NCBI GenBank assembly: GCA_963716395.1
Contig: OY970309.1
Span: forward strand, 2,272,001-2,336,000
DNA: 64,000 bases
Direction of reading: 5' to 3'
Source of the DNA: an uncultured Fibrobacteria bacterium
GTDB taxonomy: Bacteria; Fibrobacterota; Fibrobacteria; UBA11236
Below, piece by piece: positions 52,771-64,000 of the stretch (the first letter of the stretch is position 1; each line of letters opens with the position of its first letter). The notes beneath the pieces were generated by a model. That model did not search any database and was not told where the DNA came from. It saw nothing but the letters and a program-made list of their open reading frames with translations. The translations under genes were made by a program, and so were the position numbers.

Positions 52771-53574
52771 ATGAAGTATTTATTCATTTTCTGTAGCGGA
52801 CTGCTGCTGTTGTGCGGGGGCTGTGCTACGGCGCAAGGGCAAACCAAAGTTTCACCGTCGGCGCGAAGCGCAGAGACTTTGGCCTCAGCGACCAGTGAAA
52901 TTTCACCGCGCGCCGAAAGCGTATTGCGGTCGGCTTGCGATTTTCTTGCGCAAACGCCCGCTTTCAGTTTTAGCGGTGAGATCTGGCGCGAGCATATTAA
53001 TGATTCCGGGCATAAAGTTCAATTCAGCCGCATGGTAGAAATGGATGTTAAACGACCGGACGGATTGCGGCTGGAGATCAGCTCGCCCTTCTCCACGCGC
53101 GGCTTTTGGTACGACGGTAAAACACTGACGATTCTGGACCGCACGCATAATTGGTATAGCAGCGCCGCCATGCCGTCCACGCTGGATGACATGGTGGACA
53201 CGGCGCGTGATGAGTATGGAATTGATTTGCCGTTGATTGACCTCGCGGTGAGCGACCCATACAAGAATGCCATAGCGAAAGTGGAAACGGCGAAGTATTA
53301 TGGAATTTCCCCGGTGTTGGGCGTTCTGTGCCATCATCTGGCGTTTACGCAGGACAATGTGGACTGGCAGATTTGGATTCAGGAAGGTCCGCAGCCGTTG
53401 ATCCGAAAATTTGTCATTACGCACAAAAACGATCCCGGCCAGCCGGAATTCACCGCCTTCATCCTACATTATGACATGAACGACCGGATTACCAATACTG
53501 ATTTTGAATTCAACTCGCCCGTGGGCGCATCCAAGATAGCGATGCGCAAGGTTGAATCCGGCAATACAAAATAA
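52771..53574 (+). CDS. DUF2092-domain periplasmic/lipoprotein
   Basis: Signal with GGC; VKRPDGLR, YDGKTLT, GIDLPLID, CHHLAFTQDNVDWQIWI, PLIRKFVIT, PEF motifs. Confidence 0.85.
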   Translation: MKYLFIFCSGLLLLCGGCATAQGQTKVSPSARSAETLASATSEISPRAESVLRSACDFLAQTPAFSFSGEIWREHINDSGHKVQFSRMVEMDVKRPDGLRLEISSPFSTRGFWYDGKTLTILDRTHNWYSSAAMPSTLDDMVDTARDEYGIDLPLIDLAVSDPYKNAIAKVETAKYYGISPVLGVLCHHLAFTQDNVDWQIWIQEGPQPLIRKFVITHKNDPGQPEFTAFILHYDMNDRITNTDFEFNSPVGASKIAMRKVESGNTK

Positions 53575-54377
53575 TGATTATGAAATTTATCGCCTTTAAC
53601 CGCTCTAATTTGTTAATCACGCTTTTAGCGGTTGGAATTTATTGCCCGAACCTATATGCTGCGGACTGGGGCAGTCTGCGTGGAAACAATCGCAGCAGCG
53701 GTGCTCGCATGCAATCCGCGCCGCGTCCACAATCACAGGGGAGCCGCCAGCCGGAAATCCGCCAGCCGGAGTCGGCTCGGCATTCCGAGCCACAGGCTCG
53801 TCCGGAACAGGCGCGTCAGGATATGCAACCACCGCGTCGGCAACCGCGTCCCATTGCATACGTGCATCCCGCGCCGGCGCAGGTGAACCAGGCGCGAGCT
53901 GAGGAGTCAGACCGGGAGCGGATGGATGTCGCCCAGGAACAGCGGCAATCCTACTTCTGGTCCGATTACCACAAAGGAATGCGGATGAACCGGTTGCCAG
54001 ACGGCTACCGTCGTTTTCACGTCCATGATCACGACTATTTTTATTTTGAAGGCGTCTTTTACGACGATGAATCGTCGGGCTACGAAGTAATCGCTCCACC
54101 GGTAGACGTGGAAATTTCAGATTTGCCCCCGGGCGCGGAAACGGTGGTTGTAGATAACACTATTTATTGTTATGCAGCCGGAGCCTTTTACCTGCAACAA
54201 CCGGACGGAGGCTATCTTGTCGTGGCACCGCCAATGGACGCGACCGTATCATTGCTTCCCCCGGACGCGGCTGAGGTAATCACCAACGGAACAGTTTATT
54301 ATCTGGCCGATGGAACCTATTACATGCCGGTCATCGAAAACGGTGCGACAGTTTACCTTACGGTCCCGCAACCCTAG
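53574..54377 (+). CDS. DUF6515-like secreted protein with disordered N-region and Tyr-rich repeats
   Basis: Signal peptide; RQPE-rich linker; three LP.G.....V....YYY..G.FY......Y.VV.PP repeats; TAATG coupling to the DUF2092 gene. Confidence 0.75.
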   Translation: MIMKFIAFNRSNLLITLLAVGIYCPNLYAADWGSLRGNNRSSGARMQSAPRPQSQGSRQPEIRQPESARHSEPQARPEQARQDMQPPRRQPRPIAYVHPAPAQVNQARAEESDRERMDVAQEQRQSYFWSDYHKGMRMNRLPDGYRRFHVHDHDYFYFEGVFYDDESSGYEVIAPPVDVEISDLPPGAETVVVDNTIYCYAAGAFYLQQPDGGYLVVAPPMDATVSLLPPDAAEVITNGTVYYLADGTYYMPVIENGATVYLTVPQP

Positions 54378-54554
54378 TCATTGTCGCGCGTGGATCACTG
54401 AGCACTATAGGCAAAAGGTTACACATAGGTTACGTATCCACTTTGTGTCCCTTTTTACGGACGCGATGGCAGGATTCGGTTTGGTTTGAATACCGGCAGC
54501 CGACCAAAAAAATTTTTAGATCGCTTTTATCACGCTGAATTCGGGATTTGGAAA

Positions 54555-54627
54555 TGAGCCAGGAGGGATTTGAACCCACGACCCACGCCTTAAAAGGGCG
54601 CTGCTCTACCAACTGAGCTACTGGCTC
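54555..54627 (-). tRNA. tRNA-Lys (anticodon TTT), CCA not encoded
   Basis: GAGCCAG TA GCTC AGTTGGTA GAGC A GCGCC CTTTTAA GGCGT GGGTC GTGGG TTCAAAT CCCTC CTGGCTC A cloverleaf. Confidence 0.96.
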
Positions 54628-54648
54628 CGGATTCCCACGGAGAACGGG

Positions 54649-54680
54649 CAAAGATAGAACCGGTCCCGGGGGCCTTGCAA
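54649..54680 (-). promoter_or_regulatory. Putative housekeeping promoter of tRNA-Lys
   Basis: TTGCAA-N18-TATCTTTG, about 20 nt upstream of the tRNA. Confidence 0.5.
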
Positions 54681-55677
54681 GCACACCCTTGGCCATACCC
54701 AAGGTCGCCATGTACCTTGTTGCCGTGCTGGCGCGACCCGGGCCGAATTGGCGACGTCATATTCACGTTACGGTGCTGGTCGCGGCGGCGGCTTGCGGGT
54801 CCGCGTCCGCCCAATGGCTGGGCGAGCCGGGCACCGAAGCCTTTCCCGGATTGAGCATCGACGCTTCGGCGCGCTCGGCGGGCTTGGCCGGGGCGGCCTG
54901 CGCCTTGCCCGAGGGCACCGAATCGCTGGGGGACAATCCCGCGGGACTTGTCGAAGATCGCGGCCATGCGGTATACCGCGGTTCGGTGCGGGCCCAACCC
55001 GACGGCGCCGACGCCGGCGCCGTGGCGTACGCCCAACCGTGGGGCGACCGGGCGCAAATCGCGGTGGGCGCGGGGTATCTCGATTACGGCAGCATCCAAA
55101 GTTTGGACGAGCTCGGCAACCCCACCGGAGCCACGCTGCGGCCCATGAGTTTTTACCCGGCTGCGACCTATGCCCAGCGAGACGGCGAGCATTGGCGTTG
55201 GGGCGCCACCTTCAAGATGGCTACGGAATATCTCGGCGACTTCGAGGGCTCGCAGGCCGCTTTGGGAATGGGCGCGGATGTCGGCGTACAGTATCAGCCG
55301 GCAGCCCGCAATCTCGGGTTCGGCGCTTCCCTGGTGAACGTGGGGAAAAAAATCCGGGGGCATTTTGCCGGCGATGCGGATCGGGGGGGATTTCCCACGG
55401 TGGCGAACGCCGGCTTGTTTTATCACCCCATCGGGCAGGACAAGGTCACGCTTACGGCCCAGGCCGAATTGCCTTTTTATGACGCCCCGGCGGCCGCCTT
55501 GGGGTGCGAATACCGATACTCTCCGCAATGGACGTTGCGCGCCGGCACCCGGTGGGATGTGAACGACGTGCGCAATATCCTGGTCGAAACGGGATCGGTG
55601 GGCGGCGCCCCCCGTTACGGCAGCGCCATGAAAGCCGCGGCGGGAACCTCGCTGCAGGTGGGAGCCATCGGCGTCGA

Positions 55678-58247
<2,570 letters not shown>

Positions 58248-58251
<4 letters not shown>

Positions 58252-59654
58252 GGAAGCTCCCTTTCCAAAGGTTTGGCCGCGGCGGCCTTTTCCCAATCCG
58301 CCTCCGGCGCTTTGGCGAAATGAAACTTCGCCAATTTGCTTTTGAGGGTGGGCAGGGGAATGTTCAAAAGTTGGGCCGCCTTGGTTCGGCTGCCGTCGCA
58401 GCGCGCCAACGCCTCTTTGAGCACGCGCTCTTCCGTGCGATCGAGAAATTCCGGCAGCGAACTTTGTCCCCAGTCGAAGGCGGGAACCCGGCCTGCGGCG
58501 TCGACGAGATTGAGGGGCAAGGCGGAGCGATCGATTTTTCCGTCGCGGTTGAGCAGCACCAGGCGTTCGATGACGTGCTCCAGTTCGCGCACGTTGCCCT
58601 CCCAGTTATGCCGTAGGAAAATTCCCAGGATCTCGTCGGAGAAATCGAGTTTCCGATCCGGGGAATATTTCCGCAGGAAATGATCCACCAAAAGAGGAAT
58701 ATCCTCGGACCGTTCCCGCAAGGGGGGGATGCGGATTTGTAACACGTTCAGGCGGTAATACAAATCCTGACGGAAGGTTCCGTTTTCCACCAGCCGGGCC
58801 AAATCTTTCTTGGTGGCCACCAAAATGCGCACGTCGGCGTGCAACGTCTCTTCGCCGCCGACGCGTTCGAATTTTCCCGTCTGGGTGAAGTTCAGCAGCT
58901 TGACCTGGGTCTCCATGGGAATGTCGTCGATTTCGTCGAGGAACAAGGTGCCTTTGTGCGCCATTTCAAAGCGGCCTTTTTTCTGGCGCACCGATCCCGT
59001 GAAGGCGCCTTTCTCGTGACCGAACAGTTCCGATTCCAACAGTTCGCGCGAAAGCGCGGCGCAACTGACCATGACGAAGGGATGGTTGCTGCGGCGGCTT
59101 TGGTAATGGATGGCTTCGGCCAGCACGTTCTTCCCCGTGCCGGTTTCGCCGTAGATGAGCACGGTGGAGTCGGCCGCCGCCACGATCCCGGCCAGGTCGA
59201 ACACCGCCCCCATGGCCGGCGACCGCGCCAGCATGTTGCCGAAACTGCGGTCGGAATCGTGGCAGCCGCGGCGCTCCCGGGTTTCCTTGCGGATGCGAAT
59301 GGTTTCTTTTACGTGCCGGATGATGCCCATCAGTTGTTCGATTTCAAAGGGCTTGCGCAGATAATCGACCGCGCCGTTCTTCAGGATTTCAATCGCCGAT
59401 TGAATGGTGGCATGCGCCGTCATCAGCACAAATTGCGTGGCCGGGCAATTCGCCTTGACGAATTCCAGCACTTTCGGACCGTCGATGCCGTCCATGACCA
59501 TGTCGCAAATGACGAGGTCGAAGTCGCCGGCGCGCAGACAGGCCACCGCTTCTTCGCCGGTGGCGACGGCGGTCACGCAGAAACCCGCATCCCGGAGTTC
59601 ATCCTCCAAAGCCAGGCGCAGGCTTTTTTCATCTTCGGCGATCAAGATGTTCAT
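58248..59654 (-). CDS. Sigma54-dependent response regulator (NtrC family)
   Basis: Receiver domain; GETGTGK, ESELFGHEKGAFTGS, LFLDEI, FRQDLYYRLNV, WEGNVREL; C-terminal HTH. Confidence 0.96.
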
Positions 59655-61099
59655 ACGGCGGACTCCGCCGGAAAGGTGAGGGCCAGCACGCTGCCGCGCC
59701 GGCCTGCGCGCGCTTTCAATTCCAGGCTGCCGTGATGGGCCTTGACGATCCCAAACGAGACGTACAACCCGAGTCCGGTGCCCTTCTTGCCTTTGGTGGT
59801 GAAAAACGGTTCACAGGCTTTGGCCGCGATTTCAGGGCTGACGCCCGATCCGTCGTCTTCGACGGCGATGCGGTAATGACCGTCGCTGCGGCCCAGGGAA
59901 ATCCAGATGTTGCCGTCGCGTCCAATGGCGTCGATGGCGTTGATGACGCCGTTCACGATGACCTGCACCAGATGCGATTTCACGCCCGACACCATGCAAA
60001 GCTCGACGGGAAGATCGAGGTGCAGGCGCAAATTGTTGCGGTGCAGGCGCGGCTGCACCAGCTTCACGGCGTCGTGGATCACCGACTGGAGATCCACGGG
60101 AAACTCCTCGCGCTCGGATTCCTGCGCGTAGTTGAGCAAATCGCCGACCACCCCCTGGATATGGTTGGTGGCTTCGGAAATGAGGTCGAGGTATTCGCTT
60201 TGCCGCGCCTCCAGCCGCGGCGATTTTTGCAACCGGCGCACGCACATCTGGATACCGGCGATGGGGTTGTTGATTTCATGCGCCATGCCGGTGGCCAAGG
60301 TGCCCATGCTGGCCAGCCGTTCCGTCTCCAATATTTTCGCATGGGCGTTTTTGTAATCCCGATCGGTTTCGTTGATCCGCTCCATCATGGATTCGAATCC
60401 CCGCGCCAGCAGGCGCAACTCGTCGTTCAAGGGGCTTTCGATGCGGGGCATGGGGCCGCCGGGTACAAAGGCGTCGAAGCCTTGGAGGATTTTATAAATG
60501 GGCTCGGAGATGAAATGCGAAAACAGCAAGGCGCCGCTTAACCCGAGGATCAGAAAGGCCAAGGTCATGGCGGTCATGGCGTAGCCGACCTTGCGCGCCT
60601 TGACGAGGGCCGAGGCGTCGTCGACGCCCACCGCCAGGCTGCCGAGGCGGCCGCCATCGAGCAAGGCGGTTTGCTGCTGAATGGCCACCCGGCTTTTGCC
60701 CACCTGCACGCGGTCTGGGCTTCCGGCGTTATGCACGGAGAACAGCGCGGGCGGGACCTGGTTTCCGGAAAAGGCATGCGCCACGATTTTTCCCTCGGGA
60801 TCGAATACCAGGATGTAGAGAATGTCGGGATCGCGCTGCTTGACGGCTTCGATCAGGGCGCTGACGGAAGGGAGATGGAGGTTGGAGGTTTGCAGCATCG
60901 CGGCCACCTGGTGTTGCAGGACGCCCGCGATCAAATCGGCTTTGTGCCGCATCTCTTCTTCGGCGGTCTTAAGAACGAAGGTGTAGGAGATGTAAAGATT
61001 AATGGCCCCGAAGAGAAGAATGGTCCCGGTCATGGAGACCATGAATTTGACGCGGAGGGGGATGAACCGCTTCCCGAGCCACGCTTCCGGCCATTTCAT
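59651..61099 (-). CDS. Membrane sensor histidine kinase (periplasmic Cache-like domain + HAMP, NtrB-type)
   Basis: Two TMs; ERLASMGTLATGMAHEINNP, NAIDA, DDGSG, PFFTTK, GTGLGL. Start about 61099. Confidence 0.93.
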   Translation of the reverse strand: MKWPEAWLGKRFIPLRVKFMVSMTGTILLFGAINLYISYTFVLKTAEEEMRHKADLIAGVLQHQVAAMLQTSNLHLPSVSALIEAVKQRDPDILYILVFDPEGKIVAHAFSGNQVPPALFSVHNAGSPDRVQVGKSRVAIQQQTALLDGGRLGSLAVGVDDASALVKARKVGYAMTAMTLAFLILGLSGALLFSHFISEPIYKILQGFDAFVPGGPMPRIESPLNDELRLLARGFESMMERINETDRDYKNAHAKILETERLASMGTLATGMAHEINNPIAGIQMCVRRLQKSPRLEARQSEYLDLISEATNHIQGVVGDLLNYAQESEREEFPVDLQSVIHDAVKLVQPRLHRNNLRLHLDLPVELCMVSGVKSHLVQVIVNGVINAIDAIGRDGNIWISLGRSDGHYRIAVEDDGSGVSPEIAAKACEPFFTTKGKKGTGLGLYVSFGIVKAHHGSLELKARAGRRGSVLALTFPAESAV

Positions 61100-61201
61100 C
61101 CACCTGTGCACGTCGCGCCGCCTCCGAGGTTGCCGCGTTTTTCTTCGCCCCGACCTCCATCTCCGCACCGTTCCTGGCCGATCGGAATCCTCCCCCCATC
61201 C

Positions 61202-62746
61202 CTACTTCTTCCACTCGGGAACGATCTCGTAGACGATGGCGGCGATGAAGCAGAGCATGATGCCCCCCACGCAGAGGATCGGGCTGAAGGGAAGAATCGG
61301 ATCGAGATACGCTTTGGTCCCGAAGCGGGCCGAGAGCAAGAAACCGGCCACCGCCAGGGAAAGGCCCAAGATCAAAGTGATTCCGAAGCAGGTAAGGCGG
61401 CGCAGATGGCTAAGGTGGCTTTCGCCCAGTTTGACCTGCAACGCCGGCAACTCATGGGCATGCATGTTCAGCGGGACGATCGGGAAGATTTTCATGAAGC
61501 CCATGTACACCATGATCGCCAGGGCCGTAAGGCCCGCGATGATGGAAACTTCCACCCAGGAGGGATGATAGAAGCCGTGGCGGTAAGGCAGCAAAGTGCC
61601 GAAGGTTTGCGAAGGCACGATGATGATGAAACGCTTCAGAATGCAGGAGACGTTCACCAACAGGCCGGCGAAAACATGCAGCCCGATGTTCGTGATCCCT
61701 TTCAGGTATTGAAAGAAAATGATCAGAGCGGAGATGAGCAAGCCGCCGACCGTAATCCAGAACAACGGCGCATAGACACCATTGGTCACCTGTTGCGCGA
61801 CCCGGGTTTCGATCAACGGGGCGGCATAATGTTCGGTGAGTTCTTCGGCGACCATGAAATAGATGTAAACGCCGCAGAGAATCATCATCAACAGACCCAG
61901 CCATTTGAAGGCTTTGGGAACGATGACCTCCTGCAAATTCAGGAACTTTCGGACCAAGGCCATGATCACCATGATGAAGCCGGTTCCGGAAATTCCGGCC
62001 ATGACCACGAACCCGGGTGCCTGCAGGGCCGTGAACCAGCCGGGGCGGGCCGATTGGAGTCCAAAAATGAAGCCCAAAGTGGAATGCGCGGTGATGAGCA
62101 AGGGCAGGATGAAAAGCGAAAGCCAGAAGCTGGAGTTCGCGTGCCGGTTGAAATCCTCGGGCCGGGGCTGAAAGCCCATGGCCCAGATCTTATAGAACAT
62201 GCGCAGGGGCGGGAACGTGGCGCGGGTGGCGAGGTAGGCAGCGTCTTCGCGGGCCGAGAGATAGAAGAAGACCATGCTGGAGAAGAGGTATCCGGCCGCC
62301 ACCATGGCAAAGTCGCCGAAGAAGGGAGAAAGCGGACGGGAGTAAAGCGGAAAGTTGATGATGCCGTGAATCGGCCGTCCGAGATCGGCCAGGATGGCGA
62401 CCGCACCCATGGTCAAGATGATGATGGTCATCAGCTCGGCCATGCGCGCAATGGGTTTCAGGTAGGAGATTCCGAACAGGCGGATGGTGGCCGAGATGGT
62501 GATGCCCGCAAAACTGACACCTACGAAGAAAACGTTGAAGATGACGTACAGGCCCCAGGTGGATCCACCCACCCCGATAGTGCGCATGTTGGTGACGAGT
62601 AAACCGTACAAGACCTGGCGGGAATAGGCATAAACGCCGACGGCAAAGATCAGAAACAGTACGGCCATGATGGCCATCCAGGTCGGACTGAATTTCATCA
62701 GCCCCAGGGGAACCGGTTGGGACGAATCTTCATTGAACATTTCCAT
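61202..62746 (-). CDS. NrfD/PsrC-family membrane quinol-interacting subunit with C-terminal extension
   Basis: Start ATG 62746 (TGATG coupling). WGLY..FFVG, RMAE, DLGRP, SP, HSTLGFIFG...RPGW, KRFIIIVP, YHPSWVE. Confidence 0.9.
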   Translation of the reverse strand: MEMFNEDSSQPVPLGLMKFSPTWMAIMAVLFLIFAVGVYAYSRQVLYGLLVTNMRTIGVGGSTWGLYVIFNVFFVGVSFAGITISATIRLFGISYLKPIARMAELMTIIILTMGAVAILADLGRPIHGIINFPLYSRPLSPFFGDFAMVAAGYLFSSMVFFYLSAREDAAYLATRATFPPLRMFYKIWAMGFQPRPEDFNRHANSSFWLSLFILPLLITAHSTLGFIFGLQSARPGWFTALQAPGFVVMAGISGTGFIMVIMALVRKFLNLQEVIVPKAFKWLGLLMMILCGVYIYFMVAEELTEHYAAPLIETRVAQQVTNGVYAPLFWITVGGLLISALIIFFQYLKGITNIGLHVFAGLLVNVSCILKRFIIIVPSQTFGTLLPYRHGFYHPSWVEVSIIAGLTALAIMVYMGFMKIFPIVPLNMHAHELPALQVKLGESHLSHLRRLTCFGITLILGLSLAVAGFLLSARFGTKAYLDPILPFSPILCVGGIMLCFIAAIVYEIVPEWKK

Positions 62747-63627
62747 CACACTTCCTTTTTTTCCAGCCCCAAAGATTTTTCCTTGCGCAGGAAATAAACC
62801 TTGGGCCGGGTTCCGAGGTCTTCGAGCAATCGTTGCGCGCGGGGGCTGGCGGCCAGGCGCGATACCAGGCTGTCGGGATCGTTCAGGTCGCCGAAGATGA
62901 TGGCTTCGGCCGGGCAGGATTGCGCGCAAGCCGGAAGCAATTGCACGTCTTCGTCGGTGAGCGCGCGGTTTTCGGCCCGGCAATCTTCTTTGAGTTTGCG
63001 GATGCGATGCACGCAGAAGGTGCATTTCTCCACCACGCCCCGCGGGCGTGTGGCCACGTCGGGATTCAGCGCTTCTTTATAAGTATCGGGCCAGGCAGGC
63101 TCGGTCCAATTGAAATAGCGGCGGGAGTAGGGGCAGGCCACCTGGCAATAGCGGCAGCCGATGCAGCGATCCCAAATCTGGGCGACGATGCCTTCTTCGT
63201 CCTGCATGGTGGCGCCGACCGGGCAGACTTTTACGCAGGGGGGATTCTCGCAATGGTTACAAGGCATGGGCGTCGCAATGGAATCACTTTCTTCGCTGAA
63301 GTTCAGCATGGTCATCCAATTGATTTCGGCCCCGGCCTTGCGGGGGTTGTCGCCGTTGAAAGGCACGTTGTTCTCGACATGGCAGGCCACCACGCAGGCG
63401 CCGCAGCCCGAGCACAAATCGAGATCGATGGCCATGCCCCATTTTGGGCGTTTCCCGGTTTTGGGGTTGAGGTACACGCCCTTGGATTCGGTTTTCATTT
63501 CCTTGGCGACGGCCGCCTGGATCAATCCCGCAAAGGGCAGGGCGGCGATGAGCTTGAGAAAGGTGTTGCGGGGCATACCTCCCAAGGTTTCTTCCGGCGC
63601 GGCGATTTCGGGTTTCGGGTTTTTCAT
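62746..63627 (-). CDS. 4x[4Fe-4S] electron-transfer subunit (NrfC/DmsB/QrcC-like)
   Basis: Start ATG 63627. WGMAIDLDLCSGCGACVVAC, CNHCENPPCVKVCP, CIGCRYCQVACPY, KCTFC, PACAQSCP, GTRPKVYF. Confidence 0.94.
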   Translation of the reverse strand: MKNPKPEIAAPEETLGGMPRNTFLKLIAALPFAGLIQAAVAKEMKTESKGVYLNPKTGKRPKWGMAIDLDLCSGCGACVVACHVENNVPFNGDNPRKAGAEINWMTMLNFSEESDSIATPMPCNHCENPPCVKVCPVGATMQDEEGIVAQIWDRCIGCRYCQVACPYSRRYFNWTEPAWPDTYKEALNPDVATRPRGVVEKCTFCVHRIRKLKEDCRAENRALTDEDVQLLPACAQSCPAEAIIFGDLNDPDSLVSRLAASPRAQRLLEDLGTRPKVYFLRKEKSLGLEKKEV

Positions 63628-63629
63628 AA

Positions 63630-64000
63630 TCAGGCCCTTGCGATGCGCACCCGGGTTCCGCAACGAACGGAGTTGCCGCTCAAGGGATCGAAATTCGGGG
63701 CGGAAATGGTTCGGGGATTCGCGCCTTTTCCCTGGGCGAACCTTCCGTATTGGGTATGTCCGGCGCCGAGCTCCATCACGGCCAGATCGGCCGGCACGGT
63801 ATAGGAAAGCAAGGCGTGGCATTGCAGTCGGCCGATGGGAGACTCGACCCAAACTGGATCGCCCTGGGACACGCCGAGGCGTCCGGCCGTATCGGGGTGA
63901 ATGCCCACCCACGACTTCCAACTTTCGGTGGCCCACAAGCCGCGCTGCAATCCCGACAACTCTTTGAGATAGGGGATATTGGCGCCGCTGCCTTCAGAAT
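63630..64000 (-). CDS. C-terminal molybdopterin-dinucleotide-binding domain of a DMSO-reductase-family (or ActB/QrcB-like) subunit, partial
   Basis: GANIPYLKEL...WVGIHPDTAGRLGVSQGDPVWVESPIG...GAGH...GANP...TRVRI; open at the window end. Confidence 0.85.
   Translation of the reverse strand, partial: SEGSGANIPYLKELSGLQRGLWATESWKSWVGIHPDTAGRLGVSQGDPVWVESPIGRLQCHALLSYTVPADLAVMELGAGHTQYGRFAQGKGANPRTISAPNFDPLSGNSVRCGTRVRIARA

Noticed and set aside
54430-54711. 93-aa minus-strand ORF
   Set aside because: Spurious translation across tRNA-Lys.

Overview
GC-rich bacterial window. The T9SS-like C-terminal sorting domains and a PorV/PorQ-family barrel suggest an FCB-group organism, possibly Fibrobacterota (inference). 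Left to right: (1) a CusCBA-type metal efflux operon with a Cys/His-rich leader gene, divergent from a Spy/CpxP + OmpR-family regulator + HAMP kinase operon, with a CpxR-box-like triple repeat between them; (2) a Ser/Thr kinase-like gene with Arg in place of the catalytic Lys, a HAD phosphatase and an OM barrel; (3) mnmA; (4) a LolA-like/ABC/beta-barrel operon and a cNMP-DUF4388 protein; (5) one giant secreted-protein gene (19113-32044, about 4309 aa once repaired) with six tandem DUF2341+LamG units, a beta-helix and a FlgD/T9SS-type tail, broken by three lesions within about 145 bp; (6) hemW; (7) an accessory region (about 33.6-54.5 kb) with secreted enzymes, a two-component/RND module, secreted low-complexity proteins, an IS21-like end and pseudogenes, ending at the 3' end of tRNA-Lys(UUU); (8) a minus-strand operon linking a molybdopterin-family/4Fe-4S/NrfD redox complex, a sigma54 two-component system and a divergent-clade H+-pyrophosphatase. 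Several single-base indels may be assembly errors. No CRISPR array, rRNA, integrase or intact transposase was seen. All family assignments come from motif recognition, not database searches.
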